64,000 nucleotides of DNA. Source: Paraphysomonas bandaiensis. Taxonomy: Eukaryota > Protista > Chrysophyceae. The stretch lies in the NCBI GenBank assembly GCA_965644295.1, contig CBFFRP010000297.1:744001-808000 (forward strand), read 5' to 3'. The position numbers and the translations under genes are program-made. The notes beneath the pieces were generated by a model that saw only the letters and a list, made by a program, of their open reading frames with translations, was not told the origin of the DNA and did no database searches. Below are positions 36,658 through 51,400 of the stretch, piece after piece (the stretch's first letter is position 1; each line of letters begins with the position of its first letter).

Positions 36658-37410
36658 TACAAATTGCTTAGTTCAGCGCTACCCACCCGGGATTCAGCGC
36701 TGAATATCGTGTGATAATGATGTAGCTAGTTGGGTTCAGTAGGTAGCTAGCAAATCACGTATGGGACTTAATCAAGTATTAGTTAGGTACCCACCCGGCC
36801 CCCACCTGGCCCCCACCCGGCTCTACCTAAGTACGAGCTCAGAGTGGGGCAGTAGTGAATTTAGTCACTTTAGCCTAAGCTTATGATTTATTTCATATTT
36901 AGAATATTGACGTTGATTATGTTCAAAGCGGAGTAAATATCGTAGTGTGCAGCAAAAATGGTGGTCTACTGACTATTAAGCCATGAACGTGCAAGGACAG
37001 AGAAATGTATGAAGTGTGAAGAAGGGATAGTGCATTTTAAGTCGTAAAAAGTAAAAAGGCACTAGCGGACACAATGTTACTTCATTTAATATGTGCATTC
37101 ATTCGTAACAAATTAAGGTCTAGCCTTTCTCACTTAAAGCTGAATTCACATTTTTTAACATGTTCACGGAAGCATTCTCTGCAGTACCAACCCGAATATG
37201 AGTTGCTAAGCTTGAGTACCTAATGCCCAAATATATGCTGCATTACTCTTTGAAATAGTCAAAAGGAAAACTAGTTTACATATTACCTCGAAATATCAGG
37301 AATTGGTAACTATCTTGTCAGCTCTAATATATGTACATGACGATGATAATTCAAACCAATACGAAAAAAGATATTTGAATGATTGTGAAATGCGAATCTG
37401 TAATCTGAAT

Positions 37411-38767
37411 TCACAAAAAATCGTAGCCTGGAAAAGCTTCATATCCAGGTCGGAGAGCCATATCAATGAGTAATGAAGCCGCCCCACACATCCCTAAATA
37501 TATCGCATTATAAACAGCTGTTACGTCGGTGTTGATGTACCTTCAAACATAGAGTACGGGTGGTCTGGTACCCTCTCCAGTTCCGAACGATTCAAAATGA
37601 TGAACTCAGCAAACGCGTGCGCTCTGTACATATGTAAAGTAGATGACAATACATATACATATTTACCTACCTACGAGTATATATATCCGACAATTCTAAA
37701 TAGGGAGTACCATCCAAAACGGTAGTAGACCCCGTGTTTTCAGCCAAAGTCTTTAGAATGTTGGCATACGCCAAGAGGCAATATCCATTCCCCGCAATTC
37801 CGTGACACAGACCCATTCCTTTGTGCAGCAATCCCCTATCCCAAATACAGTCGCAGGCAGCTTGAGCACATCGAAGCATGCTCTCACTTTCTGAGGGAAA
37901 GACCCTTGCTGCAAGGCACAAGAGATGTACCATACCTGGAGCTCCATGGCACCACTGAACCAGGCGATCCCTTCCTGGAGGATGGCTGGATGGAAGGTTT
38001 CCCGACTCGAACATTAGAGATTTCAGCCAGCGTATGGTTTCCAGGACATTAGACATGCCTGACCCACCAGATATGGCCTGCAACTCTACTGGAAAAAGAA
38101 GAAGGGTATACAGTATACCCGCCACACCGTGGCAGGCCCCAAGGTAAATCTTGTCGTGCCACTTCCAACACAATGGCTGACGTTCCGATGCTACCATTGG
38201 TGCGCTTAACCCCTCCTCATAAACCTCTCGTACAATATGTTCACTGATTTCATCAAAAACTGAGGAGAGCTCTGGTAGATCACGAAGAGCGCACTTTGCA
38301 GCCAAAATTGCCTGGAGGTACCCACACCGTCCGTACAACACCTCACATTCACTTCGAGGAAGATTGCGTGCTTGCTCACCGACCCGTATAATATCTGCGA
38401 TACATTTATTCACTAGAGATATATCGCCTAGTGCTGTGGCACAAAATAAGCATATCACAATGGGTCCAAGACGACCCTCTAATAGAGTAACCCGTCTACT
38501 ACTCGTGTCTCGTATGTTATGTTCAGCCAATGACAGAGCCTTTCTAATATGACGAATACCTTTATCATGATCAGTGGATAGAATAGCAGCACCATATTGA
38601 TATTCTGTGAGAGAACATCCTGATAATCCCGTATAGATGGATCCTGTATGACAATTCTCCACACAATGATCGAGAAACATCAAACCATTCTCTAATAGAG
38701 TAGAAGATGAGAGAATTGGTAAGCAGATGTTGTGTTTATTATGATTTCTAAAGTGTCTTGATGGCAT
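37411..38767 (-). CDS. LANCL2: LanC-like protein (LANCL/GCR2 family; two short 3' introns)
   Basis: SIYTGLSG, EVLYGRCGYL, YLGACHGVAGI, QWCHGAPG, GLCHGIAGNGY, and spliced PDHPYSMFE|GMCG...FPGYDFL. Confidence 0.9.
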
Positions 38768-38977
38768 AATAAGGATATAAGGTTATATAGGAGTGAGGTG
38801 GATGTGGTAGAGGAGTGAGTGGGGTCAGAGGCAGAATCTTCTATCGCTTGTACGGCTACATACTGCTGTATGTATATGTATATGTATGTATAGATATGAG
38901 GACACACTGCTGTATGCAGCTGTATGGGATGCTTCCACATACTGCTGTGTATAGTTGTATAGGACATGTACGAGTAT

Positions 38978-39127
38978 CGTATTGGCAGTCAGCATCTTAG
39001 TTTTCGGAAATATATTGAAGCCAAAATACGCTATATTACAGAAGTTATTCTACGGCTAGAATACAGATAATTGCTGTCTCAATATTAGAGGCATCTTGGA
39101 ACAAAAATATACAAGGATGCCGATACG
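38978..39127 (+). mobile_element. MITE-like family A, copy 4
   Basis: Termini CGTATTGGCA...TGCCGATACG, in the LanCL/VPS13 divergent intergenic region. Confidence 0.85.
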
Positions 39128-39458
39128 ATAAACTGCTGTATGTAGACCATCCATGTACAGTATTGTATTCTGACACATCATACCATACATATCCATCTCC
39201 TCGTATCATATCATACACATACATATACCATATACACACAGCAGTATGGTACTGTATGGTATGGATATCTAGAATATACAGTGCGGTATACTGTAAGTAT
39301 CAGCAAGCTCATCCACACCGCAATTGCTCTGCTGCTCTACACTCACTTAAACTCTATGCACACACATAGATCTACATACATACATACACAAGTATAATCA
39401 ACACTAAATGATAAGAATTATTTAACTTATACATATATCTTTCACTTCTTATAATCAA

Positions 39459-42400
39459 ATGGAAAGAAGTTTATCATATTTATTATCACAAATATTAAAT
39501 GAATTATTTGAAGATGATTTCACTGATAAAAATATACAATTAGGATTATGGGGTGGATATATTAGTTTAGAAAAGCTTCAATTAAGAAGAAGTTTATTTG
39601 ATGCAGATAGAACACCTTTATCACTTGCTTATGGATCGATTGGTAAGATAGAGATCAAAATACCATGGAACAATTTTGGCAATGAAGCTATACAGATAGT
39701 AGTTGATGGTGTCATGCTTCTCTTTAGTCCTAATTATGAACGTGATAATATGGAAGCGAAGATGCAAAGGGAGCATCGTATCAAGCGTGCTAAGTTGGCT
39801 GCAGTAGATATGTTCTTGAACTCACAGTCAAAGCAAAGTAAACATCTTGGATATACGGAATACCTAATGAAATATATGATAGAGAAAATGGCCGGCTCTA
39901 TATTGAAAAATATCAGTGTTAGTGTAAGAAATATACATGTGCGGTATGAGGATTTGGTGTCATGTAAACGTGAATTTAGTGTTGGGTTTACCCTGGAATC
40001 TTTTACGCTCAACTCTGTTGGAGGGGTGACAGGAGATGATGACGATGATGTCACAAGTAGTGGAGCGTTTCTATCTGGGGTAGGTCTGGGATTTTTGCAA
40101 GATAGCTTATTATCGCCATTAGCGCAAAATGACAGTAGATCAGTGCGGCAAGTGTGTCATGTAGATAGCTTGGCGATATATTGCAATGTCCTCCAGCCCT
40201 CTGTCGGCTCTACTGACCCTACCAGCGAACCATTTCTTAGTAAATCGAGATCACAGATCCTCGTGGCCATGCGACAGTCCTTGCCTACTCGTCACCGCTG
40301 TCTAGGCAGCGAGCGGCAGCCTAGACATCAATACCTCATTAAGCCGTTCCACACCTCTGCTTGCATTGATATTATGCTGGGGGGTGCGCACGTGGGCGAT
40401 GTACAGGTATGAAATTTTCGGTTACCATATTGTATTATTTTGAATTCAAATACATTACTCTTTTCGTAGGTGGGTGTGCAGATTGCTACTACAGAGGTTG
40501 CAATACAGCTGGATGATACACAGCTTACGACCCTTGTTAACTTGGCTGATTCTGCAATGACTTTCGCCGCTGTTGACCGGTTCTCAGCCTACCGCCCTGC
40601 GAGGCGACCGAATGAAATGCCCGGTGCGTGGTGGAGATTTGCTATTCATGCTATCAGGATGCAGCTTGGTCACTTCGACCGGCCCAAGATGACAATGCGG
40701 AGTATTGATGATTTCTTTATTACTAAGCTTGTGTACACTGAACTGTGGAAGCGATGTGTGTTCACAGCCAGTACAAGAATTGACCCACCCTCACAACGTT
40801 TCTCCAATAGTTCCCTTGAGGTAGTTCGTCTACAAGTTCTTAAGGCGTCACAGGAGCGGCGCCTCTATCGCGTGGCAATGTATTCCTCTCCCGGAGTACC
40901 TGCTTGCACCATACCGTATACGAAGCCATCCCCTACAGCTATTGCTCTGTTAAGTGAAATTGAGGAGAGATTATCGTATGAAGTGGTATACTTTCTGAGG
41001 GCACTGGCAGAGAGGGAACTGTATCTAGAATGTCGAGATAGGGAATCGCAGAGTGGATTATTCAGACAAGCAAAGCTGGCTCTTTGGGGTACTGTTGGAT
41101 CTGTAAGGGAATCTGAGGAACAAAAGGTTGAAGCAAAGCTCGAGCTGGCACTTGAGTTACTCTCTCCAACCACGAATGTTTTTCAGTCTTCTGGCCGGAG
41201 CAGGCGGCGAAATTTAGACGTACAGCAAGACCCAGCTGACAACAGTAGTGTACTGTTCCGCCTTCGGCACCAGTTGGAACGAGTATGCTTGACACTCTCT
41301 TTGTCACCGTCTCTCCGGGCTACTCTGAGTACAGCCTCTCATTCGGCGACCTCCATCCCATTCCTCAGCGTGGTGCAAGAGCAGTTGGAAGTCTCTCTTG
41401 CAGCTGATGTACACACAGCGAAAAGCAAAACGGGAGATTGTGTGAACATGCAAGTAACTCTGCAGGACCTTCAGGTATTGGAGATGTTGCCAGTAGCTGA
41501 CAGCAGTTGTAGTGGTAGTGTAGCTGGGGGAAGCCGCTCTCAAGCCATGTCCGTTTACTCCAACTTTAGGAGGAATAAATTCCGGAGGATTGTATCTAGG
41601 TATGTTGTCGTGTCAAATACCTCGAGGAAAGCAAACAGCACTTCGCCATTCTTACTAGATATCGCATCTGAGTCTGATGCAATTCTTTCTCCTGTCCTTC
41701 ACATCAAAGTTAGCATTCCTCTCCACCCGAATGCAGGCACGAAACTAGGCTCAGCAATCGATATAAACGTTCATATGGATGAACTCGAAGTCTACATATC
41801 TCCCTCACTTTGTGGTGTGGCAGGGGCGTTGGCTGCATTTACCAAAGTACCTGTTGTAGATAGTCAAGCATCTGAACTCAACGAACCAAAGCAACGTTCA
41901 ACACAAGAAAATACGAATGAACTTAATGTAAAATGTTGTTTAGACGACTGTGTCGATGTTATTTCTGCTTTTGAGTTCGATGGGAACGTCGATGTCTGCC
42001 TCATGCCACTACATATTGTGACGTCTGTCAATGTTGATGGTAACAACTCGTGTATGATTCGGGATGATATGGGTAGTGTCGACAGCACATGCAATCGTGA
42101 AAAAGATCATATAATGGTGCTACTAGACACGGGAATGACGGTGATCAAGATTGGGAAACGGGATAGGGGCTCAGCAGATATCAGCATTGGTGCGCTTTCA
42201 ACTGCAGTATCGAAATCCGCTGTGCCAATTCAAGTTATCGAGGTTTTGACCTCTGATGTGTGCCTGTACCTGGCAGACTACACTGGTCCTTGTGAGTGGC
42301 GAAGTCTAGATATGAGCTGTGTGGAAAGAGGGAGTATTTTTGATAAGTTTTCTATTCAAACTGTAATCATGGTAGAGAAAAAGCTCTTAGAAACTTGTTA

Positions 42401-45400
42401 CGACCCTCCTCAGAATGGAGTGGAGCCCTCGTTAGTGTCGACCCCGATTACATCAGTAAGTGTTACTCTTTCGGAGCTAAGCTTGCACCTGTCTGAGCAG
42501 AAAACCATTCGAATATTGGAATTAGTTGATGCCTTTTTAAAGTTCGAAGAGATCGATTCTGGCGCGACTCTACTTCCTTCTTGTCAGGATATATTTAGTG
42601 GAAGAAATGTATTTGGCGAAGTGGATTCGCCCAGATTAACTGAGCGACAGTTATCGTTTCTGGACGATGATACGCGGTACTTTGAAGTATATAGTGATAC
42701 GGCAGAGTGTTTACCAGATAATAAAATTGAAGCGAAGCCCAAAGATCATTTCGCGTTTGATTACGAGGATGATGATGAGGGATACTTTTCTGTTGACGAG
42801 GACTTCGAACAATTCCCGAATAGAGCAGACGATATGATGGAGGATAGTACCACTATTAATCAATTAGAAGTGTGTATAAGTACACTGCAAGATGAAATCA
42901 GTGATTTGAATACTGAACATGTAGCTCTGATGGCTAAAATGCGCATTCTCGAGCTGAACACGAGCAAGAAGAAGGAGCTGGAAGTGTGCTCTAGTCGGTT
43001 GGCTCTTGTCGAGACTAGATTGCGTGACCTGAGGCGGGAGTATGTAGAGGCTATGATAGAATTAGATTCCGCTAAGGAGGCCAGCAGAAAGCGCCAGAAG
43101 GATACATCGCAGCTATGTGATTCTGTTGTATCATCTTATGCTCTGAAAAATGGGGTTAATGCTTTTCTGAAGGCACTCGGTGATAATGCCACTAAGACTG
43201 AGGCAGATATTGAGAAGGATAAAGAGAGTGTGCGCGCAATGTACAGTACAAATAAACTAATGATGGCTTTCAATCCAGTGCAACGGAAGCCGTCTATCAA
43301 GATAACGAAGAAGACATGGAGGAGTGGCACAACTGCTCTATTGTCACTCGTCACTCATGTACCCGCAGTGAAAGTAGATATTCTCACAAGTGCAACGATA
43401 CAGAACACAACCAACAATTCTTACTTGTTTTCAGCCGATGAGGAAAAGGTGATACTGGTTGTAGTTATCGATGACATCGGTTTTTCGGCAACTCATAAGT
43501 GCAATGGGTGCAGTGTGAAGTCAACAGTGAGAGATATTAAAATTTTAAATTTACTGACACCGTTAACTTCAAGTGGAGTATCCGAGGACAAGATGTTAAT
43601 TTTTCACACAGTCTCTGCTGCTACGAATACTGTGTCGCCACGTCCGTATAAGACTGTCAATGCACTGCGGGCTCATTGTGACGTTATCTATGGAGGGAAT
43701 GTCTATAAATCCACTGAGTTCCGCAAGTCAGACTCACTAAAAGTCAACATTGCCGTCGCTGCAATAGAAGTAGTGGCCGCTCAGAACATACTTGTTAGTT
43801 TAGGGTTGTGTGGTGTTAAATTATTCCGAGAATGTGCCAAATGCACCGAATTGGTGGGCGCTCTAACTAGCTCTGGCAGAGGCAGAAAATCTGAGGTAGC
43901 TAGCCCTTCCGTTGTGCAGTCAATACCGAGTGCTGCTCCCTTAGACAACTGGGATTTAACTGATTTCGTTTCGAAGCAATTAAACGGCTTGTTCGTAACC
44001 TTTGAAGTTAAATATGCGGGATTGACTGTATTGTTTCCTCTTCTCGACAATAGTACCCTATCATTCAGTCTCTGTCGAGCTATGGCTTATATGAAGTGCA
44101 CGTCGTTTGAATTACTGTATGGGCTGAGTATCGCAGATATTTACCTCGCTCATACGTCTGCAGAAAGTGAGTTGACGATTACACTGTTTGGGAAAGAACT
44201 TGGTGTTCAGCAAAATGTCATATCCATTACAGGCTCTATGACAGTACCAGATAATGCAGTTCGTGAAGAGCGCGCATCAATGAGTATGGAATTGTATGTT
44301 GACACGTGCAATTTAGTGTCGAAAATATGCCCCGCAACTCTCGTGTGTCTGATTGATACTGTCGCTGAAGGATCTGTGGTTTCCTTCTTAGCTCAAATGG
44401 TCACGGATGAGAAACCATCAGCTGCACGATCGGATAGCTGTCAGGAAGAGCATCCTCGAAAATTGACAAAGGACGAACCGTTTGACAAAGATAGACTGTC
44501 GTATATCATGCCGTTAGAGTTTGTTGAGGGGTTGGTGTCATCATGCTCCTTCAGGGCAGTTGTTAAGTGTGGAAGCTTATCTGTCGTTCTTCCACTTGAT
44601 GATACTGAAACTCCTTTTGATGGAGGTATATCCCTTGGGTTCGTGGCTGTAGATTCGTGTCTTGCATGGGGTGGTGCAGATTGTTTTGCTGGAATAGAAT
44701 CACAATTGCTTGTCAATGGTATTCATGTCAGTTGTGCCAGTAAACCGCCGTATCTTGTGAAGCCATTTTATGTTGCGTGTAGTGCTGCAGTTCTTCATGA
44801 CTACACTCGCTCGGACAATCTTGCTCCGAATCTGCTAACACCTCGACAGGACATGCTTACTGATGTGACATGCAGTCTAATAGATGAAGTCGACTCCAAC
44901 ACTGTACAGATGTCGGTGTATGTGTCGCCCGTCAACATGTACCTGAGTGAAGATATATTGAATTGTTTTGGAAAAGTGGCGGGCAGTACCAAGGTATACA
45001 TTGACAAGTGTTGTTCAACTGCTTATGCACTGCAAAACAAATTTATCACCTCGACTCGTACTAATACAGTTGAAGAACCGGGTGTAATAGAAGAACGTCA
45101 CTCGCTACAGTCTAATGCAGCTCGAATCATTCTTAACGGTGATATTGCTATTCGTATGAGCAGCTATTCATTGTTTTTGGGCCTTTCTGATATTCGAAAG
45201 CTGTCAAATGAAATATCGCCTCAAGAAGAGCCGTCGGGAACTCCTGGCAGTATCAACGTATCTCGTGGTAATGATGAGGTGTGTCAACCAGCCCCGCGCT
45301 TGTGCTCCGCTATCTTTGAAGAATCAAGTATTCATACTAATGTCAGTGATTGTGCGGGTGATTCCGTAAGATCACTATGTCGGTTTACTATGAAAGAGTG

Positions 45401-48400
45401 TCATATCGCCGCGCGGACTGTATTTGACAAAGCCCCAGTCGTAGGTGACAACTACTCAACCGAAGAGGAGTCATCAGGCCCTCTTGGCGATATATCAACT
45501 GGTGTACTGCCAGTAGTGAACACCCTTTGTACAGTGGGGTCGATGGCATGCTGCCTTGTAACTGACGATGAGTCATGGAATCAGGGTGTATTTGATTTTG
45601 TGGGTCCGCTGGACTATTTAGTTATATCACCATATTGTACCTCCCAGGATAATGAATGTGTTCTTAGATCCACGATGAATTTGAGTGCACACGGAAATCT
45701 AGAGCTCAATGTGGATGTCTCTAATATAAAATGTTTATGCAATGCCGACCTTATTCTCTTGTTAGCACGTCTCTGTCATATCTATCAGCGCAGTGCCATA
45801 AATGCCTACAGTGTGGCAGCTACATCGGGAAAATTTGATGTGGCTGAAGAAATCCTGACTGGTCAAAAGGAGCCCAGTTCGATAGAAGGATCCCCGCTTC
45901 AGCCTTCCACTTCAGTAGCATCGCTTCATGCAGTGAATGATGGGTTGGCGATTGACGAGTCTTTGGAAGTCTTGCCCCAGCGTATTTCTTTTGTAGAACT
46001 TAGAGGAGTTGCTTTTCAGCTTCCAAAACCTCTCTCTGGGTTAAGCATAAGTGTAAGTATCCGGTCCTGTGGTGTTTGGGTCCCCGCAGGAAGCAATTGT
46101 AGACGTTTGTCGTCTGGTATTGACACTCGGGCGGTATATTTTGGCGCGGATATGCACATCACAGCCTGTCATTTTCCGTTAGAGTTGAGTTTGATCAATG
46201 AAATCACTGTGTGGACTGAGGGAATGAATCATTACAACACGTTTTGGTCCACCAGTGTGGAAATGAGCTCCATCGGGTGCTACATGAGCGATGATATAAC
46301 CTCAGAGCTCGGATTTTCCTCGCAATTACCTTCAGGAAGGAACTGCGATGGGAATGCACCAGAATTTTCACGAAAAAACATAATCAGCCCATGCACGATA
46401 AGTGTGCTTCATTGCCTTTATCTACAGCAAGATAATAGGTCTTCGGACTCGTTTTGTATTCATCAGGATGTCGACGTACGCATTTCCAAGGTTCATGTTT
46501 CGTGCTTTTTGGATTACCGCAGCTTACTTGACACGTACAATACTTCGTTTGAACCCCTTCAACGTATAGGCACAATGATGAGTGATAGCAAGGTAGAAGA
46601 CAGCGGAGATAGCAGCTCCAGTTTAGACCAACGTGTTTCTGCGCGGGATGTAGGCGTGCAACATGAATCGTTGCCGGTGGAAGATAATAATGAGTGCGTT
46701 GCTATATCATCACCTGGAGGGGCGAAATCCTTGTCCAACTACAGTACATATTGCCCTGATAATTTCTTTGAACTGGTGGCAATACTTCATCTGGTATCAC
46801 GTACAGTGGACTTTACAATTTCTCAAGAAGGTGTTGATTTGGTATTAATTAATGACGTCATGGAGCAACCAATGCCTGTATTTAAAATAACGGCACCTAT
46901 TGTAAGCATTTCTGGATTTGTGAAGCGCATGTTTTCTTCAGCTGGTGCTTCCAGCGTTGGTTTATGTATTGATGGTTCAAGTAGGACTGGTTGGGAAGTA
47001 CCAGAGCAATACTGCACTGAGATTCCTGCAGACAATGACAACTGGCTTGCGTTAGTAGGCTGCGCTGCGAATGTGAGTATTGAATGTACAGGTTTCTCTG
47101 TGGCGTACAATGACAATGGAAATCTTAGCTGGGTGTATCTCGTATATCCTTTTGGTGGCAGAATGTGTGCAAGTGCTCCTGTATTGAGTAGTAGCGAAGT
47201 ATCTATGGTTCTATGTTGCAGCGAACAGCTGCTGTCGACATCTAAATGTACGCTGGATGTATCAGATACTTTCGAAGAAATATTACCAGTTGAAGATATC
47301 CCGAGTAACATCACCGTTGATGTCATCTTCGACAAAGAGTCCGTTGATATTCGTTTAGATCAACACTTTATTGAAGCACTTAACGGAATAAACGAAAGTA
47401 TGAAGTATCTTAGCGATGCAAAGACTTATAAAAAACAATTGGCGGCGTACTCTCTGGTTAATAGATCCGGAATTCCACTGATGTATAGGTGCCATGGACG
47501 AGCTGGTGGTGTGTCACTTAGGTCAGCCATGAGTGGTATGGCTCACATGCCGCGATTCGGATCAGCCCCGTTACCTGTAGGGCTATTTACTTCCAGTGGC
47601 TCACGACATATTTCTATATTTGCGCTATTTTCACCAGTGGCTCCTCCGTTTCAGTTCTGCTCTGAAATCGATGTGACTGAGCCTGCTAACTATACATACC
47701 ATGTAGCGTGCTCTCGTCCCAAGAACTCTATTGCAACAAGTAGCCTAAAAAAAATATTGGCATTATCACCAGAAAAGCTTACTGTAGGTGAGAGTGATTC
47801 GGATTTAGTCGTGTGTTTGCCAGTCGAGGTTCGTAAGCTTGCCACCGGATATCGTGAAATTATAGTGCGCTCAACACTCTGCATAAAGAACCACTTCTTT
47901 TTCTCGGTTGAAGTGCAGGTGGTTTCAGATGCTCGTGGTGATGAACCTGTCACTGCACACTTGGAAGTAATCTGTCCCGGGCAAACAGCTTATATACCTG
48001 CAGACTTATGCGGTGGAGATAACCTATCTTTGAAAATAAAGCCTGCTCACTTTAATAAACCATACTCTGAGTTAGACTTTGTGGATATAGAAGTCCCTTC
48101 ACTGTCTGAAATATTTGGTGGGAAACAGCCATCATTGTCTCGTCGTGGAAAGTGCGAACATGATGAGGTTGTGAAAATTATTCGCAGTGACTTTCGCAGA
48201 ATTCGAAGTCGCGCCAAGTTCTTGAACTCTGACCGCTGGCGATTGAAGACAACATTGAACCAGAATGAGGCCAGATCTTGCGTATATAGCCACTGGTTAA
48301 GGTTCCCTAATGTAAACCAATTTTCTAGGTTGGGAGAAAGTGGTGATCACCCTTCGACAAACTTGGTTAATATGCATGTAGCTGTGGAATCACATGGCCC

Positions 48401-51400
48401 ACTCCCACTTCATTCTAACAGTAACCTCTCTGGAAGAAATTACTTATCCCGCGATGTAGTTATTGGTGCACCAGTCACGTTGTTCAATGGTCTTCCATCT
48501 GGTGTAGATATACTTGTGTTTCAAGGCAAGCCTACTCGTCGGGCAGGTGTTCCAGCAACGGAGGAAGATATCAAATCGATTTTGAAATCCTGCCGGAGCA
48601 CCATTTTGTGGATTCATTCAGGGGAGATGATTCAATGTACTGACTTCCACTGTGCAGAGGATGTCACAGTGTGTATGCGTATACACTCCGTTTCTCTATC
48701 AGATACCAGCAATATGGTTAGCAGTAGGGGACACACCAGTCCTGTGAATTCTTGGAGTAGTATGGTGCTTGTACGCGGCTCAGAGCCTGAAGCTGATGAT
48801 TCGGATACAGGGCCTTGGGTTGACGACATAAACACGCTGTCTGGTAACAATGCACTGCTAACTCTGAAACTTTCAGTCACTGATAAGTCTGGGCATCGTC
48901 AAATCGATATCTTTGCGCCGTTCTGGGTAGCTACTTACTCTGCCCATAACCTTCACTTCCAACACCACCCCGATTATGATAAGGACGGGGTGCTTAATGG
49001 TACTGACGATGTATGTGCTGATCAGTCGATTGTTCCCCAGAGCTCAACTGCTGACAGTGATTTCGGTGGGGAAAGCATTCATCCTGCCCTGTTGGGATCA
49101 TATGGAGAGCATGCTGGTAGTAGCACGACAGGGGTAAGTAGTCCCAACGACATGCGTGTATTTTCTTTTAGTGGAGAAAGATTGCGTGAGGGTCACCATC
49201 TGCGTCAACTTTCTCCTAGTCCCATGGAATATGGCAACTGCAGTAGATCGGGTGCTCGAGATGAGGACGACTTAGGGCGACCGTATCGCGTGATGATGTG
49301 TGGTCTGTCTGTTGACGACAGAGAAGATCCCAGAGATAGAGAGACACATTTGAGACTTCGCATCGAGGAGTTTTCATGGAGCAAACGGTTTACGGTCACA
49401 CCTGGCCAGATGAATACCTCAGTCACAACAGTCTCTGCCAAGAGCTCGTCGAAGAACGCAGGAAAGAGCACAGCATCAAAACTCTTTGGAAGTGTCGATC
49501 CATTCGGAACTCCATCAATCAGTGATCAAGAAACCGAATTTGTGATCTCTACTAGTGTGTTAAAACCACCCTTTCAGCAAACTACACTTGTTGTCGTACG
49601 AGACAAATTTGTAGCTGTTAATATGATCGGGCAAGCGATGTGCATGCGGCAGTTCGGGTGCAATACTGTGTATGAGGCAGACCACACAGACGAAGTGTCA
49701 CTCTCTTGGCGTATCGATAAACCAAAACTTCTTCAGATCCGTTTAGCTGCCCATGGGTGGCTCTGGTCTGGAAGACTTTCTGTATCTTCCAGGGAAGCTG
49801 TTACTGTTCTTATGCGCAGGGGAAAGGAAGACGAATCCGTGTTTTTGATCGAGATTAATGTGGTGAACAAAGCGGGATGCACTCACATAATATTCCGTGC
49901 GGCAAATTTCTTTTCGCCTTATCGTATCGAAAACCGTACTCGCACTGCCTTAAGGTTCCATCAGTGCGGTGTACCGGACAACATCACTGTTCTGCGACCG
50001 TTCCACGCATGTTCGTATGCTTGGGATGAGCCAACACTTTCGAAACTGCTCTATTTTGAAAAGAATCGTAGTGTACCCACTTCCACAAGGTTAGGGTCTA
50101 GTGACTGGCTTCCACTTGGCAAATTTGCACTGGACCTACCTGATGGAAACAAACAAGGCAGTATTATGATAATGCTTAGTGGCGGAAGTGGCCGCGGGGG
50201 ATCTACGGCTCTCGAGGTTCGTTTGGACGAAGCAGGTCCTACAAGAGTACTTACTGTGCTGGAGGTCGTACCATCGCGAGTTCCCTCGCCGCGCCGGTCT
50301 AGACAGCGTTTTGATACATTGCCCCAATCACTACCCCCAACTCTCGCACTATCCCGATCCGCATCTGACTCAATGTCGCATCGACCTTGTTCGATCCCGT
50401 CGAAAGTTGAGCTCTCCATAGCACTCAGACGGTGTGGCATTTTCATATACGATCAGAGAAAGCACAGCCGAGCCCTGGAACAAGTGCTACTTCTATCTTT
50501 CGCTAACATAACAAGCACTTTTTCTCAGCGTGATGGCAATAGCGTAGTGTGTATATCTACTAGTCTTGATGGTGTGGAGGTTACAGGCGTCACATCTTCA
50601 GGCTCGGATGTGGCGATGCTGTACCGCGTAAACGATTGTGATATTCCATTCTTGTCCGTTTGTTTAGAGGTGGATACTAGACTTCCTCACGGTATTGTGA
50701 GTTTGCCACTTCTTGACATTGCATGTGCTCCAGTGGTTATTAACTTTGACGAAAATGTTATTCGTCGTCTCTCGTCTATGACATTGTTAGATGCAGCCAA
50801 CGTTAAGGAAGAAAATATGTATGGTGTTGATGAATATTCCAGAGATAGGAAACGCCTGGCTTCAGGCTATGTTAAGCACAATATAGCTATGGTACATGCT
50901 GGTAATAGAACTGAAGAGGTGTCGTCAATGGAAGCTGTTGCAATGTCAGATGCTATTTTGACGCGCGAGTTGGTGAACATGCAGCTGTCCAGACCGTCAA
51001 TTACTCCTCCTGTTAAGCTTTATGTATGCAACTTCTCACTTTCGGACATATCTTTGGTTGTAACTGCAAATGCGAATTTAATTTGTGGTCCTCTTGATCG
51101 TAATGGTGGTCCTGGTGGCATTCGTGCTATTTTACGGAATATACAGACCCTGGCTGCACTTTTCCTGCGGGTATGGGGACAATCTGTGATTAATTGTGGA
51201 AAAGTACCAGTACATATTGGTGCTATAAAAGTCGAAAAATACTTTGGAGGAGCGGATGGATTTGCAATGGCTATAGCGAATGAATACCAGAGTGTCGCGT
51301 TGTTGCAAACTACGGAGTTCATCACATCTCCAAGCGCCCTAGCCTCCTCTGCTTCTTATATCACTCGATATAGCACCGCATGTGCCCTCTCAACCGCAGG

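Noticed and set aside
37411-38767. Lanthipeptide biosynthetic cluster
   Set aside because: Stand-alone eukaryotic LanCL with introns; no LanB or precursor peptide nearby.
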